Assembly (NCBI GenBank): GCA_002269645.1
Contig: NIVC01003166.1
Location: 62,001 to 126,000, forward strand
Direction of reading: 5' to 3'
Origin: Macrostomum lignano
Lineage: Eukaryota
DNA: 64,000 nucleotides
The translations under genes were made by a program, and so were the position numbers. Positions within the stretch are counted from its first letter, which is position 1. Every line of letters begins with the position of its first letter. This document shows positions 1 to 13,227 of this stretch, piece by piece. The notes under the pieces are model-generated. The model was not told the DNA's origin. It made no database searches and saw nothing but the letters and a program-made list of their open reading frames with translations.

Positions 1-1960
1 CGAGTCGCGCTTGGACAACAGGGGTCGACTAGAAAAAGCAGACAGATAAAAAGTTTGTTATGTATATTAATTACGAGTAATTATTATAAAAAGTTATCGG
101 AGACAAAAACAGCTAGAAAAGTCGTTGTGGAACACGCATACTTAAACAAACATAAGTAGCATAAGTTGCGTGCAAGATAACGAGACAACTAACGAGACAA
201 CAATATAAAACATGGCTTTGATGACAGGATTTCACTGTACTGGGCTTGTGCGAAGAGTCTGATTTACATAGCGAACTCCAGTAACTGTGACAAGCGAAAT
301 TCGACAAATTCAGGGGTTTCGTCCATAGACATGTACTAAGTAGAAAGTCGCTTTGACATTTGCAGCTTTATAAAAGCTGTGTATTCAAGCCCGAGAAGGA
401 TACAGAGGCTGTCTTTAAAGCAAGTCTGTCTATAACATAGATCCTAAAATTGTGGCTTGTGGCCATAGATCTTATATTCCCTAAATAGGCCACTTTGTAT
501 GGCGGAGCAATAGGGAAAGCGCGACCGCTGTTTATCGCCAATTGTGCGAAAAGAGCCGACATGGGTTACTTAAATTTTGAATTTACTCGTAGTAGCTTAG
601 GGACATAGACGCTATTTTTTGAGAATTGAATAAAACTTCTGAATTAATTAAAAAGCTACTCAATTAAACTAAGAATGAAGAATTCACATGAATTCAATGC
701 AGAGACTACTGACGAAATTGAGTTCAGTAGTTGATTTTCTCGCTGTCGCCAGATACAATTTTTTTACCTTAGCTTCTATGGCCACATTAGCGGTTAATGA
801 GTGGTCCATCTTGTGTATATATGATCTTTGTTTATGGCTAGCTAAAGGCTGGATTGATTTCATAAGGTGTTTCATGGCCCCGTGTTTATGAAATCGGCCC
901 CTGATCAGACATGGTCATTAAGAAACACAACTCGGTCCTAGTAGGCAAAAAAGTCAAATCAACAAAAGAAAATAAAGACGTGGTGCGCAGTTTATCCAAT
1001 AAACACACTTGAAAAAAGCCACCCCAACTGACTAAAATCTGATTGTCCAGTACACACAACAAAAAGTCAAGACTAAAAATCACAAATATGAAACTTTAGA
1101 CAAATAAAATCGATTTGATAGAACAAAGAGTTGACAACATACTTAATCCGTGTACACGACTGGAATGATTGGGACAATGGCAAAACCTGCATTACAATAT
1201 TACAGATAAATATCAATAGTAACTTGACAAAAGGTTCTATTTCAAAGACACAGGTGACCACAAAGACGTTGGGGAATTGTAAACAGCAGGGCATTGAAGC
1301 CGCAGGGGGTAACTATATGGGATATAACAATTGGATAGGAGCATTTCTTTACTGATGCGTACAAAGCATTGTTGCTAGAAGACTGACAGATACCAACACG
1401 CCATAAGGTAGAGCCGGACAGACAAGCAAATACAAAATTTAGCCGACCTTACATTTTTGCACATTGCATCTTACAATACTCAAAAGTCTATTGAAATACA
1501 ACAAAAACAAGGTTAATATGACAGTGATAGCTTTATCACAAGTCGCCAGAAAGTCGTCATTTTGCATTTACCTCATCAAGTATTGTATAACAACTCTATT
1601 TAGACTACTTGAGTTAGTAGACAGTTAAGCACTAACACAACCTGAATTTTTTACGATTGACTATCTTGTAGATACTATCTGACTATCTTGTAGATAGTAA
1701 TCAAATTTAAAAAAAATTCTATATTGACCAGAAAATATGAGAAATACTGACGTGACAAACAGAGAAACGCAGATTCAAACAAATAGCTGTAAAAGCTGTA
1801 GTGTTCAGTTCGATAAAGCTGGAATGCCGTTAATAAAAAAACGCTACACACACACACACACACAGATACACAAACACACAGCCTTTGCTAACAACAGAAA
1901 CTAACACTAGATATGACTATTGCCGATATAATGATTGCTCGATCGGATGCTTGAACACAG

Positions 1961-3745
1961 TCACCAGCCGCCACCTGGGGACGGATAGGACAGCTGGCTG
2001 CCTAAATTTGATAGCGGCATTTCTAAACTGTTGCCAACCGGATGCACCGGCTGCTGCTGCTGATAACCTTGATGATGCCAATTAGATTGGTAATCAGCCG
2101 TATTGCCTGGATACTGACTGTACAGCTGCTGCTGCTGCTGCGGAGGCGGATGCGCCTGATATTGGCCGCTTTGATAATCCATCGGCGTCATCATGCCGCC
2201 CGGATGCTGCGCCGGATACTGATGATGATATGGCGATGCGGCAGGCATAGGGTAATGCGAACGATACTGATGCTGCTGGTTGTACGGATGCTGGGGTGTA
2301 CCGTAACTGTGATATCCGTGATACCCAGATCGGTTATAGTACAGGTGCTGCTGCTGCTGTTGCTGCTGCTGCATCGGAGGAGGCGGCGGAGGCGGCGGCA
2401 ATGATTGCAACAAGCTGCTACCAGCTGAAGAAGAAGAGTTTCCGCTAGTTGAAGAACTCTTCGGCTTGCACAGCTCCTGTTCTAGAGCTGGCATCAGAGA
2501 GGACACTGATGCGGCCGCTGTTGGACTCTGTTTCATTTCAACACCCGACTGGGTAGATTTTCTACCTGAACGACCAGCAGAAGGCTGCTGCTGCTGCTGC
2601 TGTTGTCGCTTCTTCGTGGATGATGGCGACTGCGGCGGCGGCAGCGAGGCGAGCAGAGACTGTTGCTGAGTTGTCAGAGCTTGAAATTGGCCCGAGTTAC
2701 AGTCGGGCATCTTCGGCTCGCTGTTAACCTGCTGTTGAGGATGACGGCACACCAGCGCTCTGCTGTCATATTCAGGAACCAGAATATCTTCTTCTGGCAC
2801 GCAACGAACTCGTTGAGTTAGCGGAGCAGCCGGCTGACAAAACTCGTCGAATTCAATGTCAGCATCAATCTTAGGCCGCTGACTGTCTAACAATTTCAAT
2901 TGCTCATCAAATCTATTAGAAGATTCAATCCAACGTTGCAGTCGACAATTTGAAGATTTTTCATCATTACTTTCGTCTTCGAATTCAGCTGTTGGATCGG
3001 CGGATTTTAGCGTTGATCGAAATCGCTTCAACAGCGGATGGGTTGGTGACGGAGGCGACGCGGAGGGCGGCGGCAGACGGGCAGGCCCGAGAATCTGCAT
3101 CAGTAGTCGATGATTGCGACGGTATCTGTCAGTGGCGGCTTGCCTGATTGATTCTGCAGGATCTGGCAGGTCTTCCCATTCGGACTCTTGAAAATGATGG
3201 TGAAGCAAGGACTGGTGTCGTCTGTGAGGATGCTGGTGACGCATCGGCTGATGCTGATGATGATAAGAGCTACGCTTCGAACCGCTTTGCTCAGGAAAGT
3301 CATACACTGATGAGCTGTTCATCTGTTGCTGCTGTTGTTGCTTCTGTTGCTGCTGCTGCTCTCGATTAGCCAACCAAGCTTTGTACTGAGGCGAGTTGTG
3401 ATAGAGCCTCATAGCCTCAGTGTGCTTGGCTTTCTCAACCTCGTATTCGTCAACCAGTTGCTGCTTTTCCGGCTCGCCAAGTTCTCGCCACATGTGGCCG
3501 ATAATTTTGCCAACTTCCCACAGTTTCAAATTGGGATTGTCGGCCTTCACGCGGTCCCATACTCTCCGGCTGTAGCGCATGTACGGCATCAGCGGTTTCT
3601 CTGGCGGTTTTGGTGGCTTGCCGCTGCGACTGCGCGGCTGCTGCTGCTGACCTGACTGCGGCTGCAGCGGAGGCGGCGAAGATGAGGGAGATAATGCTGA
3701 CTGCTGCTGCTGCTGATCATGATTCGGCTTGACTGATTGGCTCAT
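1961..3745 (-). CDS. SMARCE1: SMARCE1/BAF57-like SWI/SNF (BAF) HMG-box subunit, single coding exon, 594 aa
   Basis: HMG box PKPPEKPLMPYMRYSRRVWDRVKADNPNLKLWEVGKIIGHMWREL...EYEVEK...YHNSPQY closely matches BAF57. The downstream RYRRNHRLLMQIL corresponds to the BAF57 NHRLI motif. ATG at 3745; a 3' splice acceptor (tttctgctgcag) lies 10 nt upstream. Confidence 0.88.
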   Translation of the reverse strand: MSQSVKPNHDQQQQQSALSPSSSPPPLQPQSGQQQQPRSRSGKPPKPPEKPLMPYMRYSRRVWDRVKADNPNLKLWEVGKIIGHMWRELGEPEKQQLVDEYEVEKAKHTEAMRLYHNSPQYKAWLANREQQQQQKQQQQQQMNSSSVYDFPEQSGSKRSSYHHQHQPMRHQHPHRRHQSLLHHHFQESEWEDLPDPAESIRQAATDRYRRNHRLLMQILGPARLPPPSASPPSPTHPLLKRFRSTLKSADPTAEFEDESNDEKSSNCRLQRWIESSNRFDEQLKLLDSQRPKIDADIEFDEFCQPAAPLTQRVRCVPEEDILVPEYDSRALVCRHPQQQVNSEPKMPDCNSGQFQALTTQQQSLLASLPPPQSPSSTKKRQQQQQQQPSAGRSGRKSTQSGVEMKQSPTAAASVSSLMPALEQELCKPKSSSTSGNSSSSAGSSLLQSLPPPPPPPPMQQQQQQQQHLYYNRSGYHGYHSYGTPQHPYNQQHQYRSHYPMPAASPYHHQYPAQHPGGMMTPMDYQSGQYQAHPPPQQQQQLYSQYPGNTADYQSNWHHQGYQQQQPVHPVGNSLEMPLSNLGSQLSYPSPGGGW

Positions 3746-3949
3746 GATTGGACAGCTGCAGCAGAAATTATCATTGTTTTGTTTCGTATTGAATATTAAT
3801 TGGTAAAGTTGATAAAGTTGAATGATACTTGAATGTTATTTTCCTACTAATATTTTTCGCCTACACCTACTTTCATGGCGGCCACTGGGAGCATGATCAT
3901 TATCATTACCAGACAGCGAATTTTAATTGCCAACCCTAATTCATACCCC

Positions 3950-4365
3950 AAATCTTTCCTAAACCCTAACCTTTAACTTAAACCTTATTCCTAACCTAAA
4001 CTCCAACCCTAATCTATAACCCCAACCCTAACCTAAACCGCAACCCTAACCTAAACCGCAAACTCAACCTAAACTACAACCTTAGCCTAAACCGCAAACT
4101 CAACCTAAACTACAACCTTAGCCTAAACCGCAAACTCAACATAAATTACAACCTTAGCCTAAACCGCAAACTCAACATAAATTACAACCTTAGCCTAAAC
4201 CGCAAACTCAACATAACCTACAACCTTAGCCAACCCGAAAACCACAATCCTAGCATAAACTGCAACCCGAACCTAAACTACAACCTTAGCCTAAACCGCA
4301 ACCCTAACCTAAACCTAAAACCTAAACAGTAAACCCTAATCTAAAGCCAACCCCCAACCCTAACC
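3950..4365 (-). repeat. Degenerate telomere-like (CCTAA/CCCTAA-rich) array
   Basis: Runs such as aaccctaacctaaaccgca and aacctaaactacaaccttagcct. Confidence 0.75.
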
Positions 4366-5211
4366 AGTCAAAAGTCGGAAGCTCTAAGCAAATTCTATTA
4401 AAATAATAATTTCAAACCAAAAAATAGAACAACAGCAACCATGATTTCCACCCTAGTATAAAATGTCGCATTTGAAAACGCAAATTTTAATTTTGTTGTT
4501 TTAAAATTTTAACTTGGAAAACTAACTAAGCCTAACAAATGGTCGATACAAACAACAGTCAACGAAGCATTGGATTCACTGCGTTGAACAAATTTTACAA
4601 GCTAAAAATGAATTAAAGCAACTATTCAGTACTGATTAAGGTTAAATAACGTACATGATAATGTTGCTTGTTTTGTACAGTTAATTTAGTGATTAACGAG
4701 TGAAAACAAGTATATTAAAATGGGATCGAGCCGTGCACTTCAAATTGATGCGGAATAAACACATCATAAATTTATATAATAAAAGCTAAAATCACATTTT
4801 TATCGAGGTCACATTCAATAATTCTCGCTCAGATTGAATTTTCAACTAAAGGAAAAAGCTGAAAAATCTACACCAAACAAATAAAATTAGGGCAATATTC
4901 AGTTATGGGCGATTATAAGTAGCATAGTTTGCATATTACTAAACTAGCAAATTAACTAGTCAATACAAATTTCAATTATCAACCTGATTAAAACTGTACC
5001 CAGACCAAGCAGCGTCCCAGAATCACTGGAGTCGCCCCAGAGACAAGTCTAAAACAACGAGATGTCACGGTACAAGCCGCCAAAAAATTCGTCAAAGAGT
5101 CGCCTAAAAGTCAATTCGAGGCCTTTTATCGTCTGCGACTCTGGGTGAGACTCAAGTGACTGGGGCCTTTTAGAATCGCATTTATGACAACAACTCAATG
5201 TCGTATACTTA

Positions 5212-5581
5212 GGGGGGCGTAGCCCAGCGGTAGCGCAGCTGCTCTGGTGTGCCAGCGACCCAGGCTCGATTCCAAGTGCAGTCACATTAATTTGGGGCTG
5301 AATTGGAATCACGGCTTGGCTCTGCTCGTGCAATTAACGGCCTTGAGGCCAACCCCCCAAGGCGCAGTGAAGTGTACATGCCTAACGATAATATAAAGTT
5401 AGGGCCGCTGTACACTCCTGTGTGAGTGTGTGCCTGTGCGTATGACTGCGTACGTATCCGCGCGCTTGTATGCCTGCTCAGGGGAGTCGGCGGAATGGGC
5501 AGTAATGCCTCTCGCCGGTTGTGTGCCCATGTCGCTTAAAGTGCGCCAGGGTGCACACAACCCCCCTGCCTTTAATAAAAA
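5212..5581 (+). mobile_element. tRNA-derived SINE, full-length copy
   Basis: Head contains an A box (TAGCCCAGCGG) and a B box (GGCTCGATTCC). A-rich tail TTTAATAAAAAAA. 15-bp TSD AATGTCGTAT(A/C)CTTA at 5197-5211 and 5582-5596. Homologous copies occur elsewhere in the window. Confidence 0.85.
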
Positions 5582-5879
5582 AATGTCGTATCCTTACTTA
5601 AGTGAGTACAAAGTTAAGCGCTAACAGAACTATTCTTGGACGACTTTTGCGACTCTCTAACGATTCTACATCTCACGTGATGCGGTAGTTTGACTTGTTA
5701 ATAGGTTACAAGAGTCGAGCTACTAAGCTGTTTGAAATGACTCTTTAGACGAATCTTATCACGGTAACGTTTTCAACGGACAGGATCATCAACACAACAA
5801 AAAACATATTTTGTAAAGGAAAACATTTGAGTTAAATCATAATCCAGCTTGATTTGTTGAACTGTCAATTAATAATGAA

Positions 5880-8682
5880 TTAATTCTGACCGCCGCGAGC
5901 TCTCCTAGCCTTGTGCTTGTCAAAGCGAGCCTCCATCTCGTCCAACACCCTGGGTGTGTACCGGACCACCAGTTTCACTGTGCCCTGGGCAGCCTTCAAC
6001 AGATCCACAGCTTTCTCGTGGTGCTCGTTCTCAACTGACACGCCATTGACGCTGAGCAGCTGATCGCCGCGTTTCAGACTGCCCTCGCGGTCGGCCACGC
6101 CACCAGGGATGATCCGGCTGATGTAGATAGGCGAGTTCTGCTCTTTGCCGCCCATCACGTTGAAGCCAAGGCCTTCCTCAGTTTTTGGCAGTTCAACAAC
6201 CCGCGGATGCGCGTGACCTTCAGCGGCGGCGAAGGCAGCCACGGTGGCTTTGGCTGTGGCCGAGGCGCGAACCTCTGGACTGCCGCCAACGTCCACAGTC
6301 TCGTAGACGTGTTCGTACACTTCGCGAACCATGTTGCAGAAATCCGACTGTAGAATACGACTAAGAGCGGCTAGCTTCTCGTGCTGGACATCTGGGCAGC
6401 TTTGAAGCTTCTCAAGTAGCTCCACAGCGCGCTGGATGTCTGTCAGGGAGGAAGGTGGGGGTTACTATATAATTGGGATCACAGAGATGAAGTCATAGTT
6501 AAGAATGACTTTTTGGGACTTAACAATAGAGGTTTTGTCTAATTGCAATGGTAATATATAATGCATAAATGTCATAAAATATTTACATATAGGTCTAGTA
6601 AAGTAACTATGAGCAATTTGACTACCACAAATTAAGTATCAATCTAGTCCTAATCTAATCCTATACCTAACTCAAATAGTAAACCTTAATAATCTAAAAA
6701 CCTTAGCCTAACCTTAACAATTAGAAATAAATATGTAACAAAGAGTTAAGCCAACTTATAGCTTGTTAAACTAGTCTAGACTACTTAGACATTGTCAAGT
6801 TATATTGATATTTATCTGTAATATTGTGATGTAGGTTTTGCCATTGTCTTGATCATTTTAGTTGTGTACATGTATTGAGTATATAGTCAACTCTTTGTTC
6901 TTTCAAATTAATTTTATTTGTCAAAAATTGTATTTTAGAATCTATTTTTTCTTCATTTATAATTACTTACTTAAAAAAATTCAATTTTCAACTAGCATAA
7001 CGTTCTTTGCTGCTTTTAATTTTATTACAAAGTTAATACACAAATAAAAATAAATTACAATTCAGTTTAACTAGAAAATTGAACCATACCTGGCAAGAAA
7101 ATAGTTGAAATGTTAATTGTTAGGCACCATTAATGAAAATCTTAACTTCCATTACTAGCAAAAGTGTTAGCAATAAAACAAAAAAATCTTAACTTATAAA
7201 CTCTTAATTTCATTAAGTTAACTGATTATTGTTAATAAGCATTAATCTGTTAAAGTTAACCCAAAAAATACAGAAATCTTGCACTAATTTCCAAAGCAGA
7301 CTTCACAATGCACTGTCTTGCTTTTGCACCTTTTTAGTGAAACACAGAGGTCATATAAGCAATTTACAAGCTAAAAAGTAACAAATAATATTTAAAAACT
7401 TGTATGTATAATACTACTAAAAGTAAGCATACAATAAAATAATTAACTCAGCTATTTTAAACTTGAAAGCAGCGAAAGCTAATTAGTTAATCATAAAATA
7501 CAAATAGGAAGGTTGTTTTAGTAGCATTAACAGGCACAGCAGAAAGTTAAGAAAGATTGGGAAAGAACTGAATCAAACTGATCGATGCTTAAGTGCAACA
7601 ATAAAGTTTACATTTTAATTTATTATTAAAGTTCATTAGTAAGAAGTTGTTCATCCTTATAAACAAAGAGATTAATTAGGCATTAAGGTAAATTTGAATA
7701 CATTTGTAATGTTATAACTTCTCATCAGATTTAGATTTTTGTTTTTTCTTTGCATCTTTATTTGGTCATTGACATTCTCATTAACATTAACAATGAATTT
7801 GTCATTAACTTATACAATTATTAATGCAAATTCATTAATCCGTTAGTTTGAAAAAAATCTTAATGGCAGTCTATTAATGTTAATGAAAAATCTTAATGCT
7901 TATTAATGCTTATTAACAGATTAATGCTTATTGATTAATGGATTGGTGCCCAACATGGGAAATGTTAATTAATAAATGAATAGTTGCTAAATGAATAAAT
8001 GAATTATCATTAAGATATAGCATCAGTAGTCATAAATCTGCTTTGTTACCAAAGTGGCTATTACCAAAGAAAGCGGATTATATTTAATCAAAGGGTAAAT
8101 AAGTCATCATGTAATCATTTTAATATTGGTTTTAATGTTAGTAAAACCCATTGCCCAAAGTTATTTTTATTTTAAAACAGGGCCTTGGACATCATTATAT
8201 CCAAATTTATGTTTAAAAATATTTAAACATTCAAAACCAGAGGATTGACATTTAATTATGATAGCAATTTTTCAATGGCTATATGCTAAGCAAAAATTTT
8301 GTGCCTAAAAAGTTTTAATGTTGACAGAAACAAACTTTAAACAGTGCAAAATGATATAAACACATTTAAAGCTTTAATTAAAAATCATTTTATATATTTC
8401 TACTCTATTCTGGCTTTGTTCTCAGTTAGAGAAAAGTAGGTTTTAGACTCAACATTTAATATTTGTTCGATTTTCTAGACTATTTTGCTTCAAGTAGAAG
8501 AAAACAAAAATAATAAACTATTAAAAAGCAAAAATGATGCCAGCTTTATACAGGATCAGGAAAGAATTATCCGTAAAAAGGTCAAACTAGGCCAGGCCAG
8601 CAGGCCCTAGGCCCAATGTTTTGCCAATAGAATAGAATGAGTTGTGAGCCTCACCTTGTTGAAGGGTCAGTGGCTCCGCCAT
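5880..8682 (-). CDS. LIN7: LIN-7/Veli/MALS L27+PDZ scaffold; complement(join(5880..6439,8655..8682)), 195 aa
   Basis: Exon 1 encodes MAEPLTLQQ(G)|gtgagg. Exon 2 follows the acceptor ctccctgacag and gives [13 protein letters not shown] (L27), then [43 protein letters not shown] (LIN-7 PDZ). Phase 1/1 matches; total 588 nt. Confidence 0.95.
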
Positions 8683-9243
8683 ACTATTCGATTTTTTAAT
8701 GTAAAATATAGTAGTATAGTAGGGTAGTTATCGCACAGGTTAGATTTCTAGTATTCTAAAAATTCTTTTTACTAATTCTAGACTTCTATGCAGTAGGTTC
8801 GATAAAAAAGTTGTTTTCTTCCGAAGAAATAACAGGAAGGAAATATTGTTAAATTTTTAATATCGCTTTATAGGTTTTATATTAAAACAACTTATTAAAA
8901 TAACTGAATGTATTTTCTATATTTTAAAACTTCATTGATTTTTAAAAAAGTAGAATGTTTTTTTTATATTTGTTTTACTACTAAATGGCAGATTAGTTTT
9001 TTAAATGTTATCATTTCTAGAAAAACCAGAAATTAACAGTCACAATTCTTTTAATGAATGATATGAATAACATGAATAATTTTTCATATCTCGTCGCATC
9101 TGCATATTTCATTTCCACAAATCATTTAGGCCATATTATATTTTAGGCCTAATGTAATGTATTCACAGCAATCACTATATAATATACGTCATATGCATGT
9201 ATACCTACTAATATCCCAAAGCAAACAGAAACATTGCAACTAA

Positions 9244-9272
9244 TCCTATATACTAAAAATGGTCTGTCTGTG

Positions 9273-9305
<33 letters not shown>

Positions 9306-12300
9306 GTGATCGATTAGAGAAAAAATGGCTGGACCGATTTTGTTCAAACTTGCACTGTTCGATCAGAAATTTTCCCGTGACTGTACATGCATCGCGGCTA
9401 AGAAATTGCTCGATGCTAAAGGCATTAAATATTCGAAAAACATGCTTTTTTGCAAAGGTCAAGCAAACTTTTCGACTTGAAATGCATTGTAAGAATGCTA
9501 GAGAAAAAACTGACTGGTTGAATTCTGGTTCTGAAATAGATTGCATCATCACTGAATTGTAACTCCGACTTGAATTGAAAATGCAGTGTGGAAGCGTAGC
9601 ACCAGACTTGATTTAAATTGCGTAACCATATTGTTAACTGATACTGACTGACTGAGAAACTGATTATGTCATAACTGCTTCGTGTGATTTACTCTATGCT
9701 TGGATTTTAAACTGTTGAATTATATATATATATAAGTGCAAAATTTGATGTTATCAAAAAGATGAGAACTAGCCTAGAGGTGAACAGACTGAACTGCTAA
9801 ATGCAGCGACGATGGTTCGAATTTTCATAGAGTATAATTTTTTTAATTAAAGCTTTTCAACGTCAGGAAAACTAAAAGACTTTTTAAAAAGAAGCGTCAT
9901 GTAAAAATCATAGTAGCGTCATATAAAAATCATAGATGCATCATTTAAAAAATCATAGAAGCATCATATAAAAATCATAGATGCGTCATTTAAAAAACCA
10001 TAGAAGCATCATGTAAACAATCATAGATGCGTCATTTAAAAAATCATAGAAGCATCATGTAAACAATCATAGAAGCGTCATTTAAAAAAATCATAGAAGC
10101 GTCATATAAAAATCATAGATGCGTCATTTAAAAAATCATGGAAGCGTCATGTAAACAATCATAGAAGCGTCATGTGAAAATCATAGAAGCATCACGTAAA
10201 GAATCATAGAAGCGTCATGTAAACAATCATAGAAGCGTCATGTAAACAATCATAGAAGCGTCATGTAAAAAATCGTAGAAGCGTCATGTAAACAATCATA
10301 GAAGCGTCATGTAAAAAAATCATAGAAGCGTCATGTAAACAATCATAGAAGCGTCATGTAAACAATCACACCTAGAGGTGAACAGACTGAACTGCTAAAT
10401 GCAGCGACGATGGTTCGAATTTTCATAGAGTATAATTTTTTTAATTAAAGCTTTTCAACGTCAGGAAAACTAAAAGACTTTTTAAAAAGAAGCGTCATGT
10501 AAAAATCATAGTAGCGTCATGTAAAAAATCGTAGAAGCGTCATATAAAAAATTATAGAAGCGTCATATAAAAATCATGGATGCGTCATTTAAAAAATCAT
10601 AGAAGCATCATATAAAAATCATAGATGCGTCATTTAAAAAACCATAGAAGCATCATGTAAACAATCATAGAAGCGTCATTTAAAAAATCATAGAAGCATC
10701 ATATAAAAATCATAGATGCGTCATTTAAAAAAACCTAGAAGCATCATGTAAACAATCATAGAAGCGTCATTTAAAAAAATCATAGAAGCGTCATATAAAA
10801 ATCATAGATGCGTCATTTAAAAAATCATGGAAGCGTCATGTAAACAATCATAGAAGTGTCATGTGAAAATCATAGAAGCGTCACGTAAAGAATCATAGAA
10901 GCGTCATGTAAACAATCATAGAAGCGTCATGTAAACAATCATAGAAGCGTCATGTAAAAAATCATAGAAGCGTCATGTAAACAATTATAGAAGCGTCATG
11001 TAAAAAAATCATAGAAGCGTCATGTAAACAATCATAGAAGCGTCATGTAAACAATCATAGAAGCGTCATGTAAACAATCATAGAAGCGTCATGTAAAAAA
11101 TCGTAGAAGCGTCATTTAAAAAATCATAGAAGCATCATGCAAAAATCATAGATGCGTCATTTAAAAAATCATGGAAGCGTCATGTAAACAATCATAGAAG
11201 CGTCATGTAAAAAATCATAGAAGCGTCATATAAAAATCATAGATGCATCATTTAAAAAAATCATAGAAGCGTCATATAAAAAATCATAGAAGCGTCATGT
11301 AAAAATCATAGAAGCGTCATGTAAACAACCATAGAAGTGTCATGTAAAAAATCATAGAAGAGTCATGTAAACAATCATAGAAGCGTCATGTAAGCAATCA
11401 TAGAAGCGTCATGTAAACAATCATAGAAGCGTCATGTAAACAATCATAGAAGCGTCATGTAAGCAATCATAAAAGCATCATGTAAACAATCATAGAAGCG
11501 TCATGTAAACAATCACAGAAGCGTCATGAAAAAATCATAGAAGCGTCATGTAAACAATCATAGAAGCGTCATGTAAACAATCATAGAAGCATCATGTAAA
11601 AAAATCATAGTAGCGTCATGTAAACAATCATAGAAGCGTCATGTAAAGAATCATGGAAGCGTCATGTAAAAAAATCATAGATGCGTCATTTAAAAAATCA
11701 TAGAAGCATCATGTAAACAATCATAGAAGCGTCATTTAAAAAAATCATAGAAGCGTCATATAAAAATCATAGATGTGTCATTTAAAAAATCATAGAAGCG
11801 TCATGTGAAAATCATAAAAGCGTCACGTAAAGAATCATAGAAGCGTCATGTAAACAATCATAGAAGCGTCATGTAAACAATCATAGAAGCGTCATGTAAA
11901 AAATCATAGAAGCGTCATGTAAACAATCATAGAAGCGTCATGTAAACAATCATAGAAGCATCATTTAAAAAATCATAGAAGCGTCATGTAAACAATCATA
12001 GAAGCGTCATGTAAAAAATCATAGAAGCGTCATGTAAAAAATCATAGAAGCGTCATGTAAAAATCGTAGAAGCGTCATTTAAAAATCATAGAAAATCATA
12101 AAAATCAAAAATTAAATGCAGCTATAATGCTGTGCTGGGGAGAAAAACTGAGACGTAAAGGCTCTCAGAGAATAACTGCTAAGATTACGGGGGGGGGGGT
12201 TTCTGAGATGTCAAAGCAAAAGTCAGAAGCTACTTCAAAGTTCATGTACTTTACTCAATTTTTTTATTGCATTCTTTGTTGGCTCGCCACGGGAGGCGCT

Positions 12301-13227
12301 TATAGAAGAAGAGTCATGTAAAAAATAAAAGTAGCACTACGAGCGTATGTACGAGCTATACATAAAAGAAAAGTCATGTTCAAGTTAAAAGATTCATTTG
12401 GGAATTGCTACGATGTCAAAGCTTGGTGGAAATTGTTATAGTGCTGTGATTCTTAAAGAAGGAATCACTAAAATGTCAAGGCTTAGGGGAGAAGAATTGC
12501 TGAGATTTCAAGGCTTTAGGTTGGGTTAAAGTTAGGTTTAGGTCAGGTGTGGGTTGAGGGTTATATTTTATCGGGTTTCAAGGTTAACAGAATAACAGGG
12601 GATTTTTTAGATTTCAAGGTTTATGGAGGCCATCGCTGACATGTTAAGGCTTACGGGGGGAATAGCTGAGATGTCAAGGCTCACGGGGTGTAAATGAGAT
12701 TTCAAGGCTAAAGTCAGAAGCTACATGTAGTTTATTGAAAACTTTTTATTACATTATTTGATGCCTCCTCAGGGGAGGGATCGCTGATAAAAAAAGCGTA
12801 ATGTAAAAAATAAAAGAAGCTTCATGTTGAAGTTAAGAGATTCATTTGGGAATCCCTACGATGTCGAGGCTTGCAGGAAATCGCTATAATGCTGTAGTAG
12901 TGCTATAGTGACTCTTAGAGAGAATTACTGAAATTTCAATGTTAGGTGAGGGTTAGGGTTAGGGTTAGGGCTAGGGTTAGGGTTAGGGTTAGGCTAGGGT
13001 TAGAAGGTTGACAGATATTTTTAGATTTCCAAGGCTTATTGGGGGCATTGCTGAGATGTCAAGGGGGGAAGTTGATATGTCAAAGCTTGTGGGGGGGGGA
13101 ATTACTGACATGTCAAGGCTTACAAGGTTTGACAGGAGATTTTTTAAGATTTCAAGGATACATGTAGCTTATTAAAAAACGTGTATTGCATTTATTTGGC
13201 TCCCCAACGGGGGGCGTAGATTGCTAG
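9244..13227 (+). mobile_element. Non-autonomous Helitron-like element 1 with internal 23-bp tandem array
   Basis: The 5' end TC-CTATATACTAAAAATG follows a host A and is followed by a (TCTA)n microsatellite. The 3' end has a CCCC-AAC-GGGG hairpin about 9 nt before a terminal CTAG. No TIRs or TSD. Confidence 0.75.
9890..12100 (+). repeat. ~23-bp minisatellite (AATCATAGAAGCGTCATGTAAAC)n with a ~598-bp block duplication
   Basis: Direct reading of the monomer. The unique segment cctagaggtgaacag... occurs at 9773 and again at 10371. Confidence 0.95.

Noticed and set aside
1-1500. Short ORFs of 60-75 aa at the left edge
   Set aside because: No recognisable motifs, splice-consistent model or TE termini found; left unannotated.
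2042-3655. Plus-strand ORFs (2042..2404, 3326..3655, etc.)
   Set aside because: Antisense shadows of the CAG/CCG-rich SMARCE1 coding sequence.
5212-5285. Possible tRNA gene
   Set aside because: A and B boxes are present but I could not build a full cloverleaf. It continues into a repeated body with an A-tail and TSD, so it is a SINE head.
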